64,000 bases of DNA from Glycera tridactyla (lineage: Eukaryota), in the NCBI GenBank assembly GCA_965644265.1, contig OZ286472.1, positions 55,366,001 through 55,430,000 on the forward strand, written 5' to 3'. The notes beneath the pieces were generated by a model that worked only from the letters and a program-made list of their open reading frames with translations, searched no databases and was not told where the DNA came from. The position numbers and the translations under genes are program-made. The stretch's first letter is position 1; every line of letters starts with the position of its first letter. Of this stretch, positions 24,885 through 38,483 are shown one piece after another.

Positions 24885-27227
24885 TGGCTATCTGGCATGA
24901 AAATCATTTCTGGCTCTGTCTTATCCATTTCAAGACTCAAATGATGCATCACGGGACCCACTCCAAACATTCAGTTGGGGTCCCTGGAGTGCATCATTAT
25001 TTTGTTGAAAATGCATCCCTGGGATAGGCTCAACACTGACTTAGTGATGGTGACATAAGCTTCCCAACTGAAGTGCCTCTCTTAAATCCCACCTTGGTTA
25101 ATTTCTATGAGTTTCTAACATCCTCAAGAATTTGGTAGTGTTCATAAAATCTCCCCGCCAGCTAATAAGCAGCATCTTTCACCAAGTTATGCTAGTTTTT
25201 GATATTTTGTGAGACATCATCCATCCTCTTCATCCTCCTCTTACAATGCATAGATACAGTCAAACCTGCTCAAAGAGACCAGCTCTAGACAAAGACCATC
25301 TGCCCATATAGGCCACCCTCCTTGTTCATGCAACTCAGAATGGTCTTTTCAACAGTACATCAATTTACCTACTAAAGTGACAAAATTTTTAGATTTTTTG
25401 AATGGTAAATTGAGTCGATCATTCACCATGCATTGCAGATTCTGAATGTCTCTGGGCAATATCGGCGGCTCCTGGAAAGGGAGGGACGGATCCGCTGACA
25501 CAATGCGTAACAGGCACCCAGTCAATGCTTCGATGCCATCTTCGCATGTCTCATCCCCATCATTCTCGATTCTAAACCTCCCTCTCACATCTGTGATCAC
25601 AGGGATAATTTCGTACCATCAACACACAGAAAAAATAACACAACAGACACTCCCCACATGTCATGTCACAAGAAATCCGTCCTCATCTTTGCAATCACAA
25701 TGATGAACTTACAACAACTGGCCCACTTAGGAGAATTTTTCTCTCGTCAGGCTGAATCAAACGAATCATGTGGAGACATGCAAAAGTGTGATACAATTAT
25801 CAACATGGTTGGCACTAGTGGCAATTCCCAAGATTAGAAGATTTGATGTTCGTCCCATATTCTGGACTATTTGATATGATAAATTACCCGGTATCCAGCT
25901 CATGACTGCAGATTTCTTGCTTCTTATTTGAGCAACACCCCTGGGCATGAATGGTTTCTGCTCCTCTTGTGTTTATGAATTTTGACCCACTTGAGATCCC
26001 GAAAATACAGAATGAAAAAGAAAAACTCCAAGCATGAGATTCTAGACATGTGAGGCTTTTCTCAATTTTTACACAACTCAGTCGAAGAGGAAAACATCTT
26101 AATTAAACCAAGGCCTAAGTAACCCCAATCCCCAAGTGCATATTTCTTAATATGCTACTGAACTCTCCGATAAAGGTATATTAAAAGCTTAATTCTGACA
26201 TTAGACCATTTTTTTTAATAGTGAAATACATGTATTACATGTGTTGAGAGCGGCATCACAATCCCATGAGGCTGCAAACCCTATCTCCATGTACTAAAAA
26301 ATTATTTCATCTCTACATTGATCATGAAAACTAGAGATCTGCAGGCCTTGTTTGTCTCTGGGGACCCTATAGTCACACTTCATAATCATTTCACTCCTGC
26401 ATCGCAAGTCATGAAAATCATGAGATCTACAGGCCTAGTCATCTACTGTTTGCTGAGTTCTACCACAGTATGAGGATGATTTTTGTAAGTTTCCAAATAT
26501 GCATAACATTTCATCAGTACAATGGATGTGCTATATTGAGATGTCTTACGTCCATGAGGTGTGGATACCCCTCCAATTTGAGCTGTATTGTCCCTTCACA
26601 CTCTTGGAAATACCCTTGGAGATGAGTAGGTGGCCATGTTACACGGTCGATGTTTGCTAATGCACAGGTCTTTGTGCTTCACAAATGACATGAATTGAGG
26701 ACAGATAATCAACACAGGAGTGGACATATCTCTCCCACTCCTTAAGTCATCTTCCCCACAAGAACTAGGTAGAGTCTTGTCATGACTTGCAGGCAGCCTT
26801 AGCCCACGATCTTGACCCAAAAAAAATTAAAGAGATTAAAGAGATGGATGCTCCAAGCACAAGTGGGCGGGCGAAATATGACAAGACTGATTTAATCGAT
26901 CGAATTAGGTACCAATACTACTACATGTGACTGATGTTACCTTGTTGGAATCAATTCCATTGCATTCCTTCATGGCACCAATGTCAGGCCTATCAGTACC
27001 CTGGCAGCTACAGTCTGAATGATTGAGGCTGGGATGGGATCGTTGGTCTTCCGCTCATGATGACGATGGACCAGCCATGGGACAAACTAGATGACATCTG
27101 ATGATGTCCCGATGTGGAAGAAGTGTTGTAACCATGGTGATGATGAGTGAGGCATCAATGAATGTCATGACAAGACTGATGTGCACTGCTGATTCCTCAT
27201 CATTCCCTGATTCTCCCCGCCACTGAA

Positions 27228-27720
27228 TGATTTGTTTGTTTGTTTGTTTGAGGTTTAACGGCATGTATCAACCCACAGGATTATGTTTGCCGTGTGTTCC
27301 TGGTCAATGAAAGCTAGATGTTCCCTCCCCTGCAGACATCACTCTCACAAACCCTAGACACAAGATGATGGGGAACCTGAAAGGTTGTCAAGTGGAAGTA
27401 GCTGACAGTTCAGACACACCTCTACCTACTCCTCATGAACAAAGTGAATCTAATGATGGCATATCTAACTATGTAACTGGCTGGAAGCTAACACTCAAGC
27501 CTGATAGCAATGCTTTTTTTTTTGCAAAGCGCAGCACTTGACACTAGGAAAAGCATTAGATTCGGAGAATACTCGACCAATGTGTTTAATTACAAACTGT
27601 TAACTTCAAGCCAGCTTTACAATCATGGTATGCCCTATGCTCGCAGTACAATGCAATCACACAACCTAGTAACCTAGTCGCAGCCCTAGTAACCCAGAAC
27701 TGGTGTGCGATATCACTCCT
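27228..27720 (-). repeat. Dispersed SINE-like repeat, longest copy, ending in (AAAC)n tail on the minus strand
   Basis: Minus-strand 3' end GCCGTTAAACCTCAAACAAACAAAC; upstream block also seen at 12950 and 61260. Confidence 0.65.
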
Positions 27721-28112
27721 CCCCGAGATGATAATTGGCAACAAATCATGAGTACAGTCAAACCTGGGAGACCACCCAGGTACCCTTCATTGCACATGAA
27801 TCTTCTTTTAAGGCTGGTGGCCTTTTGAGAGAGGTAGAAAAGCCCAATCATGGTCACAGAACAGGCTGGCCCCTGCAGGCAGGTGGCCATTGTATAAACA
27901 TGGTCTCTTAAGCAGGTTTGACTGTACACCCCTCACAATCTCAATATCACTTGGTCTCAGTGGACAGCCAGCCTCTGAAGAAAGGTTGACTCAAGAGGGA
28001 ATAAATGCAACACTCTCTTTACTTAAAAGGGGGCATTCTCACCAGCTATGTTCTCAAAAAGGACTTATGTTTTACGAAATATGTGGTATGTAACCACATA
28101 TCTCTCTGAATG

Positions 28113-28548
28113 CATCCCTGCCAACCCTGCGTCATGGCGTTCAGTAGTGACCCACCTTGGTTTCAGTAGTTTGGGTTCATTTTCAGTAGTGATATTTTCA
28201 TGATTTTCAGTAGTTATTTTGGACACTTTCTGCACCATGGCAAAGGTGGCACTCGAAAATGACATCATCTTCATATCAATACATTATTTCCAAATGATTC
28301 CATTCATATCAGGATGAGACGAAAACATGTGTATGAATGCATATGGCATGCCATGTGTGATGAGGCTTTTCATAATTATTTTCTGTACAAATCTCTGAGC
28401 ACTCTTAAATGAGATTGATGATGTCATCAAATTATGGATTTTTGGGTAGGGCTTCATTTCAGTAGTTCCTCAGAGGCTTCAGTAGTTCAGTAGTTTTGAC
28501 CTCATTTCAGTAGTGACTACTGAAGTTCAGTAGTACTTGGCAGGTATG
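28113..28548. mobile_element. MITE with CATACCTGCCAA-type TIR and 6-bp TSD (TGAATG)
   Basis: TGAATG|CATCCCTGCCAA ... TTGGCAGGTATG|TGAATG; subterminal TTCAGTAGT repeats. Confidence 0.75.
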
Positions 28549-28968
28549 TGAATGCAACCCTGCAACAATATTTTCTGAGATCTTTAAAGATTGCACCCAC
28601 GAGATATTGCTTGGAGTATCAAAAAGAGATATATCTCACGGATGTGGAAGTAGGTGTCAAATAAAAGTGACGCAATCAGGTGCCCGTCATATTTTGGCCA
28701 GATTGCGCTGTCCGAGTGGGAGAAATGAAGTCAGGGGACGCTAGCATGTGAAGAGGGTGATCACAAGCATATGGCGGGCGATGAATTGACTGGATGGGGA
28801 CACATCGTCGTCACTCGGTTGCCATGGAGGTGGGTCGGTGTCAGTGATGTTCATATCCCATCATCCTCGCTGATACACTGATCACTATAATCATCGAGTC
28901 TCGTGATTTATTTGGCAGCTGATCCGCCGTGTCACGTGCATGCTCTCCCCTCTCGCCACGCTCTCCGC

Positions 28969-31900
28969 TTCTTTGCTACCAGCACAACAAATAGGTGGCA
29001 GCACACAACGGTGAGTGATATTGAATCCAAAACCGTACAATTTCCGTCAATCATGAAAGTGGAAATGGTGAAAGAGTGTATCACAGAGAGAAGGATGTCA
29101 TCTTGATCGACATATTCAGTTATATGCCGACCCCATGCAAAGAGACGAAAGGCACATGAATTTGGAAACAGGTGCAGAGAGCCATATATGATGTGCCAGG
29201 GTACAGAGAGATGACCTCCAACCCGCCTGGGGCATGTGGATTTCCAAGTTGGGCAGATCGATTCTGAACTCACCATAATGATCATGAATGCAATATATAT
29301 ATATGGTCACATACAATTTAGCATACTTACAGAAATCCATATGATATGGGGCACATGAAAAAATAAAATGCCACATAAAAACTGCATCAATGTATGCTGG
29401 ACAGTTGCTGGTTCCTGGTTCTGCAATTATTCCATATACATTTTCCCTAGGAGGGAAATCCCTGCATATCATTTCAGAATTGGATTAAGTGAAGTACAGT
29501 CAAACCTCCCCAAGAGATCACTTCTATACAAAGACCACCGAACTATAAAGAGTTTGATAGAAAGGTTTGACTGCAGTTTGTATGCCCTGATCTTTCTCAT
29601 TGAATTACAATTTTCCTTATGTTCTCTCCTAATCTGAACCTCCTGAAAGCAAGTATGATGTAGACAGGGACAACCCTAGTCTGTGTGCATGCGCCCAGCG
29701 CAAAGTAACCATATAAATGATCTATGAAGGCCAGATGCTCATTCCACTGCAGACATCTCTCTCACAAACCCTGAACCAGAATGGTTGTCAAGTGGAAGTG
29801 GCTGACAGTTCTAACTATGGAAAAGGGTTGGATGCTAACACTCATGCATGACAACAACAGTTTCATGGTACATCTCAATATAGCACATCTGGTTTGGTGG
29901 CACTTATGAGACTACGCAACCAACAAAATTATTTTTGTAAGTGGCAGTTTGGTAGGTGTAGATCTGCAACCGTGGAGAGCGAGGTCAGCTAACACCACAC
30001 TGATCAGGCCGCGCAGCAGAAGTCATCAGTTGCCATGTCAACAGGTTTCATAAACATATCATAGGCCCCATATATGATGAAGACATTCATGAATTATGCA
30101 CCGGATGAATGCTCAGAAAAACAGATATAATAGCAGACCAATAGGTACCAACACTCTATCTCTCCTCTCAGATGATGTGACAATTTGCGATTTTCTTCGC
30201 TACCAACACACCATATAGGTGGCAGCACACAACGGTGAGTGATATTGAATCAACAACCGTACAATTTCCGTCAATCAAGAAAGTGGAAATGGTGAGAGAG
30301 TGTATCACAGAGAGAAGGATATCATGTTGATCAATATGTTCAGTCATATGCCGACCCCATGCAAAGAGACAAAAGGCACATGAAGTTGGAAACAGGTGCA
30401 GAGAGCCATATATGATGTGCCAGGGTACAGAGAGATGACCTCCAACCCGCCTGGGGCATGTGGATTTCCAAGTTGGGCAGATCGATTCTGAACTCACCAT
30501 AATGATCATGAATGCAATATATATATGGTCACATACAATTAAGCATACTTACAGAAATCCATATGATATGGGGCACATGAAAAAATAAAATGCCACATAA
30601 AAACTGCATCAATGTATGCTGGACAGTTGCTGGTTCCTGGTTCTGCAATTATTCCATATACATTTTCCCTAGGAGGAAAATCCCTGCATATCATTTAAGA
30701 ATTGGATTAAGTGAAGTACAGTCAAACCTCCCCAAGAGATCACTTCTACACAGAGACCACCGAACTATAAAGAGTTTGATAGAAAGGTTTGACTGCAGTT
30801 TGTATGCCCTGATCTTTCTCATTGAATTACAATTTTCCTTATGTTCTCTCCTAATCTGAACCTCCTGAAAGCAAGTATGATGTAGACAGGGACAACCCTA
30901 GTCTGTGTGCATGCGCCCAGCGCAAAGTAACCATATAAATGATCTATGAAGGCCAGATGCTCATTCCACTGCAGACATCTCTCTCACAAACCCTGAACCA
31001 GAATGGTTGTCAAGTGGAAGTGGCTGACAGTTCTAACTATGGAAAGGGCTGGATGCTAACACTCATGCATGACAACAATAGTGTCATGGTACATCTCAAT
31101 ATAGCACATCTGGTTTGGTGGCACTTATGAGACTACGCAACCAACAAAATTATTTTTGTAAGTGGCAGTTTGGTAGGTGTAGATCTGCAACCGTGGAGGG
31201 CGAGGTCAGCTAACACAACACTGATCAGGCCGCGCAGCAGAAGTCATCAGTTGCCATGTCAACAGGTTTCATAAACATATCATAGGCCCCATATATGATG
31301 AAGACATTCATGAATTATGCACCGGATGAATGCTCAGAAAAACAGATATAATAGCAGACCAATAGGTACCAACACTCTATCTCTCCTCTCAGATGATGTG
31401 ACAATTTGCGATTTTCTTCGCTACCAACACACCATATAGGTGGCAGCACACAACGGTGAGTGATATTGAATCCACAACCGTACAATTTCCGTCAATCAAG
31501 AAAGTGGAAATGGTGAGAGAGTGTATCACAGAGAGAAGGATATCATGTTGATCTATATGTTCAGTTATATGCCGACCCCATGCAAAGAGACAAAAGGCAC
31601 ATGAAGTTGGAAACAGGTGCAGAGAGCCATATATGATGTGCCAGGGTACAGAGAGATGACCTCCAACCCGCCTGGGGCATGTGGATTTCTAAGTTGGGCA
31701 GATCGATTCTGAACTCACCATAATGATCATGAATGCAATATATATATGGTCACATACAATTCAGCATACTTAGAGAGGTCCATATGATATGGGGCACATG
31801 AAAAAATAAAATGCCACATAAAAACTGCATCAATGTATGCTGGACAGTTGCTGGTTCCTGATTCTGCAATTATTCCATATTCATTTTCCCTAGGAGGGAA

Positions 31901-34900
31901 ATCCCCGCATATTATTTCAGAATTGGATTAAGTGAAGTACAGTCAAACCTCCCCAAGAGATCACTTCTATACAAAGACCACCGAACTATAAAGAGTTTGA
32001 TAGAAAGGTTTGACTGCAGTTTGTATGCCCTGATCTTTCTCATTGAATTACAATTTTCCTTATGTTCTCTCCTAATCTGAACCTCCTGAAAGCAAGTATG
32101 ATGTAGACAGGGACAACCCTAGTCTGTGTGCATGCGCCCAGCGCAAAGTAACCATATAAATGATCTATGAAGGCCAGATGCTCATTCCACTGCAGACATC
32201 TCTCTCACAAACCCTGAACCAGAATGGTTGTCAAGTGGAAGTGGCTGACAGTTCTAACTATGGAAAGGGCTGGATGCTAACACTCATGCATGACAACAAT
32301 AGTTTCATGGTACATCTCAATATAGCACATCTGGTTTGGTGGCACTTATGAGACTACGCAACCAACAAAATTATTTTTGTAAGTGGCAGTTTGGTAGGTG
32401 TAGATCTGCAACCGTGGAGAGCGAGGTCAGCTAACACCACACTGATCAGGCCGCGCAGCAGAAGTCATCAGTTGCCATGTCAACAGGTTTCATAAACATA
32501 TCATAGGCCCCATATATGATGAAGACATTCATGAATTATGCACCGGATGAATGCTCAGAAAAACAGATATAATAGCAGACCAATAGGTACCAACACTCTA
32601 TCTCTCCTCTCAGATGATGTGACAATTTGCGATTTTCTTCGCTACCAACACACCATATAGGTGGCAGCACACAACGGTGAGTGATATTGAATCCACAACC
32701 GTACAATTTCCGTCAATCAAGAAAGTGGAAATGGTGAGAGAGTGTATCACAGAGAGAAGGATATCATGTTGATCTATATGTTCAGTTATATGCCGACCCC
32801 ATGCAAAGAGACAAAAGGCACATGAATTTGGAAACAGGTGCAGAGAGCCATATATGATGTGCCAGGGTACAGAGAGATGACCTCCAACCCGCCTGGGGCA
32901 TGTGGATTTCTAAGTTGGGCAGATCGATTCTGAACTCACCATAATGATCATGAATGCAATATATATATGGTCACATACAATTCAGCATACTTAGAGAGGT
33001 CCATATGATATGGGGCACATGAAAAAATAAAATGCCACATAAAAACTGCATCAATGTATGCTGGACAGTTGCTGGTTCCTGATTCTGCAATTATTCCATA
33101 TACATTTTCCCTAGGAGGGAAATCCCCGCATATTATTTCAGAATTGGATTAAGTGAAGTACAGTCAAACCTCCCCAAGAGATCACTTCTATACAAAGACC
33201 ACCGAACTATAAAGAGTTTGATAGAAAGGTTTGACTGCAGTTTGTATGCCCTGATCTTTCTCATTGAATTACAATTTTCCTTATGTTCTCTCCTAATCTG
33301 AATCTCCTGAAAGCAAGTATGATGTAGACAGGGACAACCCTAGTCTGTGTGCATGCGCCCAGCGCAAAGTAACCATATAAATGATCTATGAAGGCCAGAT
33401 GCTCATTCCACTGCAGACATCTCTCTCACAAACCCTGAACCAGAATGGTTGTCAAGTGGAAGTGGCTGACAGTTCTAACTATGGAAAGGGCTGGATGCTA
33501 ACACTCATGCATGACAACAATAGTTTCATGGTACATCTCAATATAGCACATCTGGTTTGGTGGCACTTATGAGACTACGCAACCAACAAAATTATTTTTG
33601 TAAGTGGCAGTTTGGTAGGTGTAGATCTGCAACCGTGGAGGGCGAGGTCAGCTAACACCACACTGATCAGGCCGCGCAGCAGAAGTCATCAGTTGCCATG
33701 TCAACAGGTTTCATAAACATATCATAGGCCCCATATATGATGAAGAAATTCATGAATTATGCACCGGATGAATGCTCAGAAAAACAGATATAATAGCAGA
33801 CCAATAGGTACCAACACTCTATCTCTCCTCTCAGATGATGTGACAATTTGCGATTTTCTTCGCTACCAACACACCATATAGGTGGCAGCACACAACGGTG
33901 AGTGATATTGAATCAACAACCGTACAATTTCCGTCAATCAAGAAAGTGGAAATGGTGAGAGAGTGTATCACAGAGAGAAGGATATCATGTTGATCTATAT
34001 GTTCAGTTATATGCCGACCCCATGCAAAGAGACAAAAGGCACATGAAGTTGGAAACAGGTGCAGAGAGCCATATATGATGTGCCAGGGTACAGAGAGATG
34101 ACCTCCAACCCGCCTGGGGCATGTGGATTTCTAAGTTGGGCAGATCGATTCTGAACTCACCATAATGATCATGAATGCAATATATATATGGTCACATACA
34201 ATTCAGCATACTTAGAGAGGTCCATATGATATGGGGCACATGAAAAAATAAAATGCCACATAAAAACTGCATCAATGTATGCTGGACAGTTGCTGGTTCC
34301 TGATTCTGCAATTATTCCATATTCATTTTCCCTAGGAGGGAAATCTCGCATATTATTTCAGAATTGGATCAAGTGAAGTACAGTCAAACCTCCCCAAGAG
34401 ATCACTTCTATACAGAGACCACCGAACTATAAAGAGTTTGATAGAAAGGTTTGACTGCAGTTTGTATGCCCTGATCTTTCTCATTGAATTACAATTTTCC
34501 TTATGTTCTCTCCTAATCTGAACCTCCTGAAAGCAAGTATGATGTAGACAGGGACAACCCTAGTCTGTGTGCATGCGCCCAGCGCAAAGTAACCATATAA
34601 ATGATCTATGAAGGCCAGATGCTCATTCCACTGCAGACATCTCTCTCACAAACCCTGAACCAGAATGGTTGTCAAGAGGAAGTGGCTGACAGTTCTAACT
34701 ATAGAAAGGGCTGGATGCTAACACTCATGCATGAGAACAATGGTTTCATGGTACATCTCAATATAGCACATCTGATTCGGTGGCACTTATGAGACTGAGC
34801 AACCAACAATTTTTTTTTTGGTAAATGGCAGTTTGGTAGGGGTAGATCTGCAACCGTGGAGAGTGAGGTCAGCTAACACCACACTGATCAGGCCGCGCAG

Positions 34901-35077
34901 CAGAAGTCATCAGTTGCCATGTCAACAGGTTTCATAAACATATCATAGGCCCCATATATGATGAAGACATTCATGAATTATGCACCGGGTGAATGCCCAG
35001 AAAAACAGATATAATAGCAGACCAATAGGTACCAACAGTCTATCTCTCCTCGCAGATGTGACAATTTGCGATTTTCT
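28969..35077. repeat. Tandem array of five ~1221-bp units
   Basis: ATGACCTCCA marker at 29211, 30435, 31656, 32877, 34098; boundaries share TTCT. Confidence 0.95.
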
Positions 35078-35998
35078 GAGATCATTTCATAACCAGGAAC
35101 AGGTTCAATTGTTTAGATCATAGAATGGACGTACAAATCTTAATTAGAGAGTTGAAAATGAACCAGTAAAAAGCCTTCTTTCACCAGGGATGAAAACCAA
35201 TGATAGACAAAGATGATAAGGATGCCGAATTTCAAGAGTAGTGATGGCAGCAGGGAGCCCAACTTCATGCTTTTCAAGAAGGCATATTTTTCATATCAAT
35301 ATCTCTCTCTCTCATTCAAAAATATAGATATTTGGATATAAATAAACTATACTTTATGATACACCATTGGAATATACAAACATTCTTAAAAATCATCAGA
35401 TTTCTTGTTGATTTAGAACCTGGATACCCAGCATGACACCAACCACTGAGCCTGTATGGGAGCTAGCAATTTTGGCCACAAATAGCTGCTGAATAACCCA
35501 GTCAGGAGCACACTCCGCTCCCCACACAGACACCCAGGAGCCCATTTGGACAATCCATTCATCCAGCATGATCTTACAGAGTATGTCATGTTGTTTTCAG
35601 GGTCATTCTTAGCATTTAATGCACCCGCGAGAGAGCTTCATATTTCTGGTGGGTCCGGGCCAGTGGCCCACATTTTTGCCTTTTTGGCCAATTGATATGA
35701 CCTTTCATGGGTTCACTGGCCCAGCTTTTTTGTTGTTTTGAACTGAAGATAAATGGTGGATGGCCCATCATTTTGAGTTATGGCCCATGGCATTTCCAAT
35801 TCATGGGCCATATGGGCCCACTGACCTGTCAGAAAATCTGAAGTTCTGCAGGTAGATTGTATGAAGGACTCATGCAAATAATCATGATGATAAAACATCA
35901 GGGTAAAACAGTTGCAAATATATTGTTCTTGGTTCCAAGATCATCCATGATGAACGAAATTTACCTACTTTGGAACGATTTGTTGAGACGTTTCACGA

Positions 35999-37784
35999 AG
36001 TGGTCAAAGCGGTTAAGAACACGAAACTCCCCAAAAGTAACATTACCAAAGCAGAACGTTCAGCCCTTGATGACCTCAAAAAGGACGATAGTATCATGAT
36101 ACTCCAAGCTGATAAAGGGAAGGCCACGGTTATTATGAACAAGGCTGAATATGAACAAAAAATGAGCCAACTCCTGGCTGACAAAGGGACATACACCCCC
36201 CTCAGCAAAGACCCCACTCAGAAGTTCAAAAACAAACTGGTGAACCTCCTTAGAAAGTGGAAGAAAGAGGGCAGAATACCCGACAAACTGTACTGGAAGA
36301 TTTACCCACAAGCAGATGAGCCACCCAAACTGTATGGCACCCCCAAGATACATAAACCCACAGCCCCCCTCAGACCTATTGTGTCCAGTTGTGGTAGTAT
36401 CACCAACAATGCTGCCAGATACGTCGCTGATATACTGAGCCCCCTCGAAGGAAAGACACCCAGAAGTGCAAAAAACAGTAAAGAGCTTGTTGTGAAACTG
36501 GAAGGTTTAACCGTCACCCCAGGTCAGAAACTAGTCTCTTATGATGTGACAGCTCTTTTCACCAGCGTTCCGGTAGATAGGGCCATCACTATAATAGGGG
36601 AAAGACTGAAAGAAGACCCCACCTTCCAAAACCGATGTCAACTGGAAATCGGACAAATCATGGAACTATTAGGGTTCTGTCTAAACACAACCTACTTCAT
36701 ATACAGAGGTCAATACTACCAACAAACCCATGGCGCAGATATGGGCTCTCCAGTGTCGCCCATTGTTGCCAACCTATATATGGAGGACTTCGAGGACATC
36801 GCCCTCAGCACAGCCCCCAACCCCCCATCTGTGTGGATTAGGTATGTGGATGACACTTTTGTCAAGATACATGAGTACGATGTGGATAATTTCTCATCAC
36901 ACATTAACAGTATTGACCCCAAGATCCAGTTCACTATTGAACCTGAAGTAGAAAACAAGCTACCCTTCCTGGACCTGTGCATCCACGTGTTAGATGATGG
37001 CAACACTAAGATCACGGTATACCGCAAACCCACACATACTGACCAGTACCTAAATTTCAAGTCACATCACCCTCTTGAACATAAAAGGTCAGTAGTGCGA
37101 ACCCTTCTCAATAGGGCCCGTGAATACATCACCACCAAGCCAGACAAAAAACAAGAGGAGCGCCATGTGAGGGCGGCCCTCAGGGCCAATGGGTACGAGG
37201 AGTGGGCCCTCAATATACCCAAACCCAAGCCCAAAAACCCCAACAGGGAAAAGCAAAGTGGTACCCACCAACAACAACCCAAGATCGGGATACCTTACAT
37301 ACAGGGGCTCTCGGAGAAGTTACAACGAATCTATAAGTCGCATGGTGTCAATATGTACCATCTACCCAGTAACAAACTGAGGGCTATACTGGTGAACCCC
37401 AAAGACAGGACGCCAAACGAAAATAAATGTGGTGTCATATACGAGATCCAATGTGACCAAGATACCAGCCACAAATACGTAGGTGAAACCAAACGAACCC
37501 TCAGCACCAGGTTCAAAGAACACGTGAACCTTGACATCCCTACAGCTGTAGGTGAACACTGCCTAAAAACTGGCCACTCCGTTTCCCTCAAGAACACTAA
37601 GATCATCAGTAGGGAACCAAACTGGACCCTACGTAAAGTAAAAGAAGCAGTATACATCCGCCAGCGCAAACCACAACTCAACCGGGACCAGGGATACTAC
37701 CTACCGCCAGTCTACAACCTCCTCCTGTCAACTGGGCAACGTGACAACGCCAATGATCCATCACGTGATCAAGACTGCTTGTAG
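35999..37784 (+). CDS. PLE reverse transcriptase + GIY-YIG endonuclease (N-terminally truncated, open)
   Basis: ADKGKAT, YGTPKIHK..PLRPIVS, SYDVTALF, MGSP, RYVDD, LPFLD, VYRKPTHTDQYL, GVIYEI..YVGET..RFKEH, KEAVYI..LNRD. The TTG start at 35970 lies in the inverted segment. Confidence 0.95.
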
Positions 37785-37803
37785 AGTAGTCGAAACGTCG
37801 TGA
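37761..37803 (+). ncRNA. Minimal type I hammerhead ribozyme with G3-C8 core variant
   Basis: Stem I TCAC/GTGA; core GTGATCA; stem II GACTGCT-TGTAG-AGTAGTC; GAAA-CG-TC cleavage triplet; located at the PLE 3' end. Confidence 0.75.
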
Positions 37804-38236
37804 AACGTCTCAACAAATCGTTCCAAAGTAGGTAAATTTCGTTCATCATCAGGGTAAAAGGAGAGACAAATTTCATGCCAATATACCGTGAGATCACACA
37901 CAGATCAAGTGATCTAACCCCAGCGATCAGATCATATGACAATGCTAGAACGACACAGTTGCCCCCAGCTGACGAAAGAGGCCGAGTGGTTCCCTGAAAG
38001 CTTCTGAGAATGCCTTTCAACTTTACTGTGAGTACCATGACAATACCTCTCCATCAAGACACAAATGTCATCATCAAGCTTCATGCATGATGGGATGCAA
38101 ATAAGAGTCCATCCATACAGCACTTTCAACAATGGAACAAGTGTGTCACTTATGAGGTCTGATTCCCCTGCAGAATGTAGATAGAGCTATGATGTGAACT
38201 TTTCACGGTACTCGCGGTGGAATGTTGAAAGTTAAT

Positions 38237-38278
38237 CAGAAGCTTTCAGGAATGCCATCTGGTACCTTTCATCAGCTG
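38237..38278 (-). ncRNA. Degenerate minimal hammerhead ribozyme (canonical CTGATGA core) of an older PLE
   Basis: Minus strand: CAG-CTGATGA-A-AGG..CCT-GAAA-GC-TT-CTG; lies 3' of the PLE remnant once the intervening MITE is removed. Confidence 0.55.
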
Positions 38279-38295
38279 TTGGCAAATGCCAAGTA

Positions 38296-38472
38296 CAGTC
38301 GAACCTGTCTATAAAGACCGCCTTTGGTCGCATCAAAAAGTGGTCTTTATGGGCAGGTGGTCTTGATAGAGAGGTCATTTACTGTTGAAAATACTACCAC
38401 GGTCGCAGCTCAGGCGGTCTTTATAGAGAGGTGGTCTTTAAAGAGAGGTGGTCTCTAGAGCAGGTTCGACTG
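38296..38472. mobile_element. TA-flanked CAGTCGAACC MITE inserted in the old PLE tail
   Basis: TA|CAGTCGAACC ... GGTTCGACTG|TA. Confidence 0.85.
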
Positions 38473-38483
38473 TAGTAGTTTCG

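Larger units (their letters stand above)
35909..37846 (+). mobile_element. Penelope-like retroelement (PLE), 5'-truncated, with inverted 5' segment and 13-bp TSD
   Basis: TSD CATCAGGGTAAAA at 35896-35908 and 37847-37859; 35947-35998 is the reverse complement of 37798-37849. Confidence 0.9.

Noticed and set aside
29368-34792. Repeated 63-, 89- and 113-aa ORFs as a tandem gene family
   Set aside because: They overlap MITE and SINE fragments in the 1.22-kb unit, are lost by stops or frameshifts in some units and show no recognisable domain
35970-35998. TTG start of the 604-aa PLE ORF as the genuine start
   Set aside because: These codons come from the inverted pLTR segment; the true ORF is 5'-truncated
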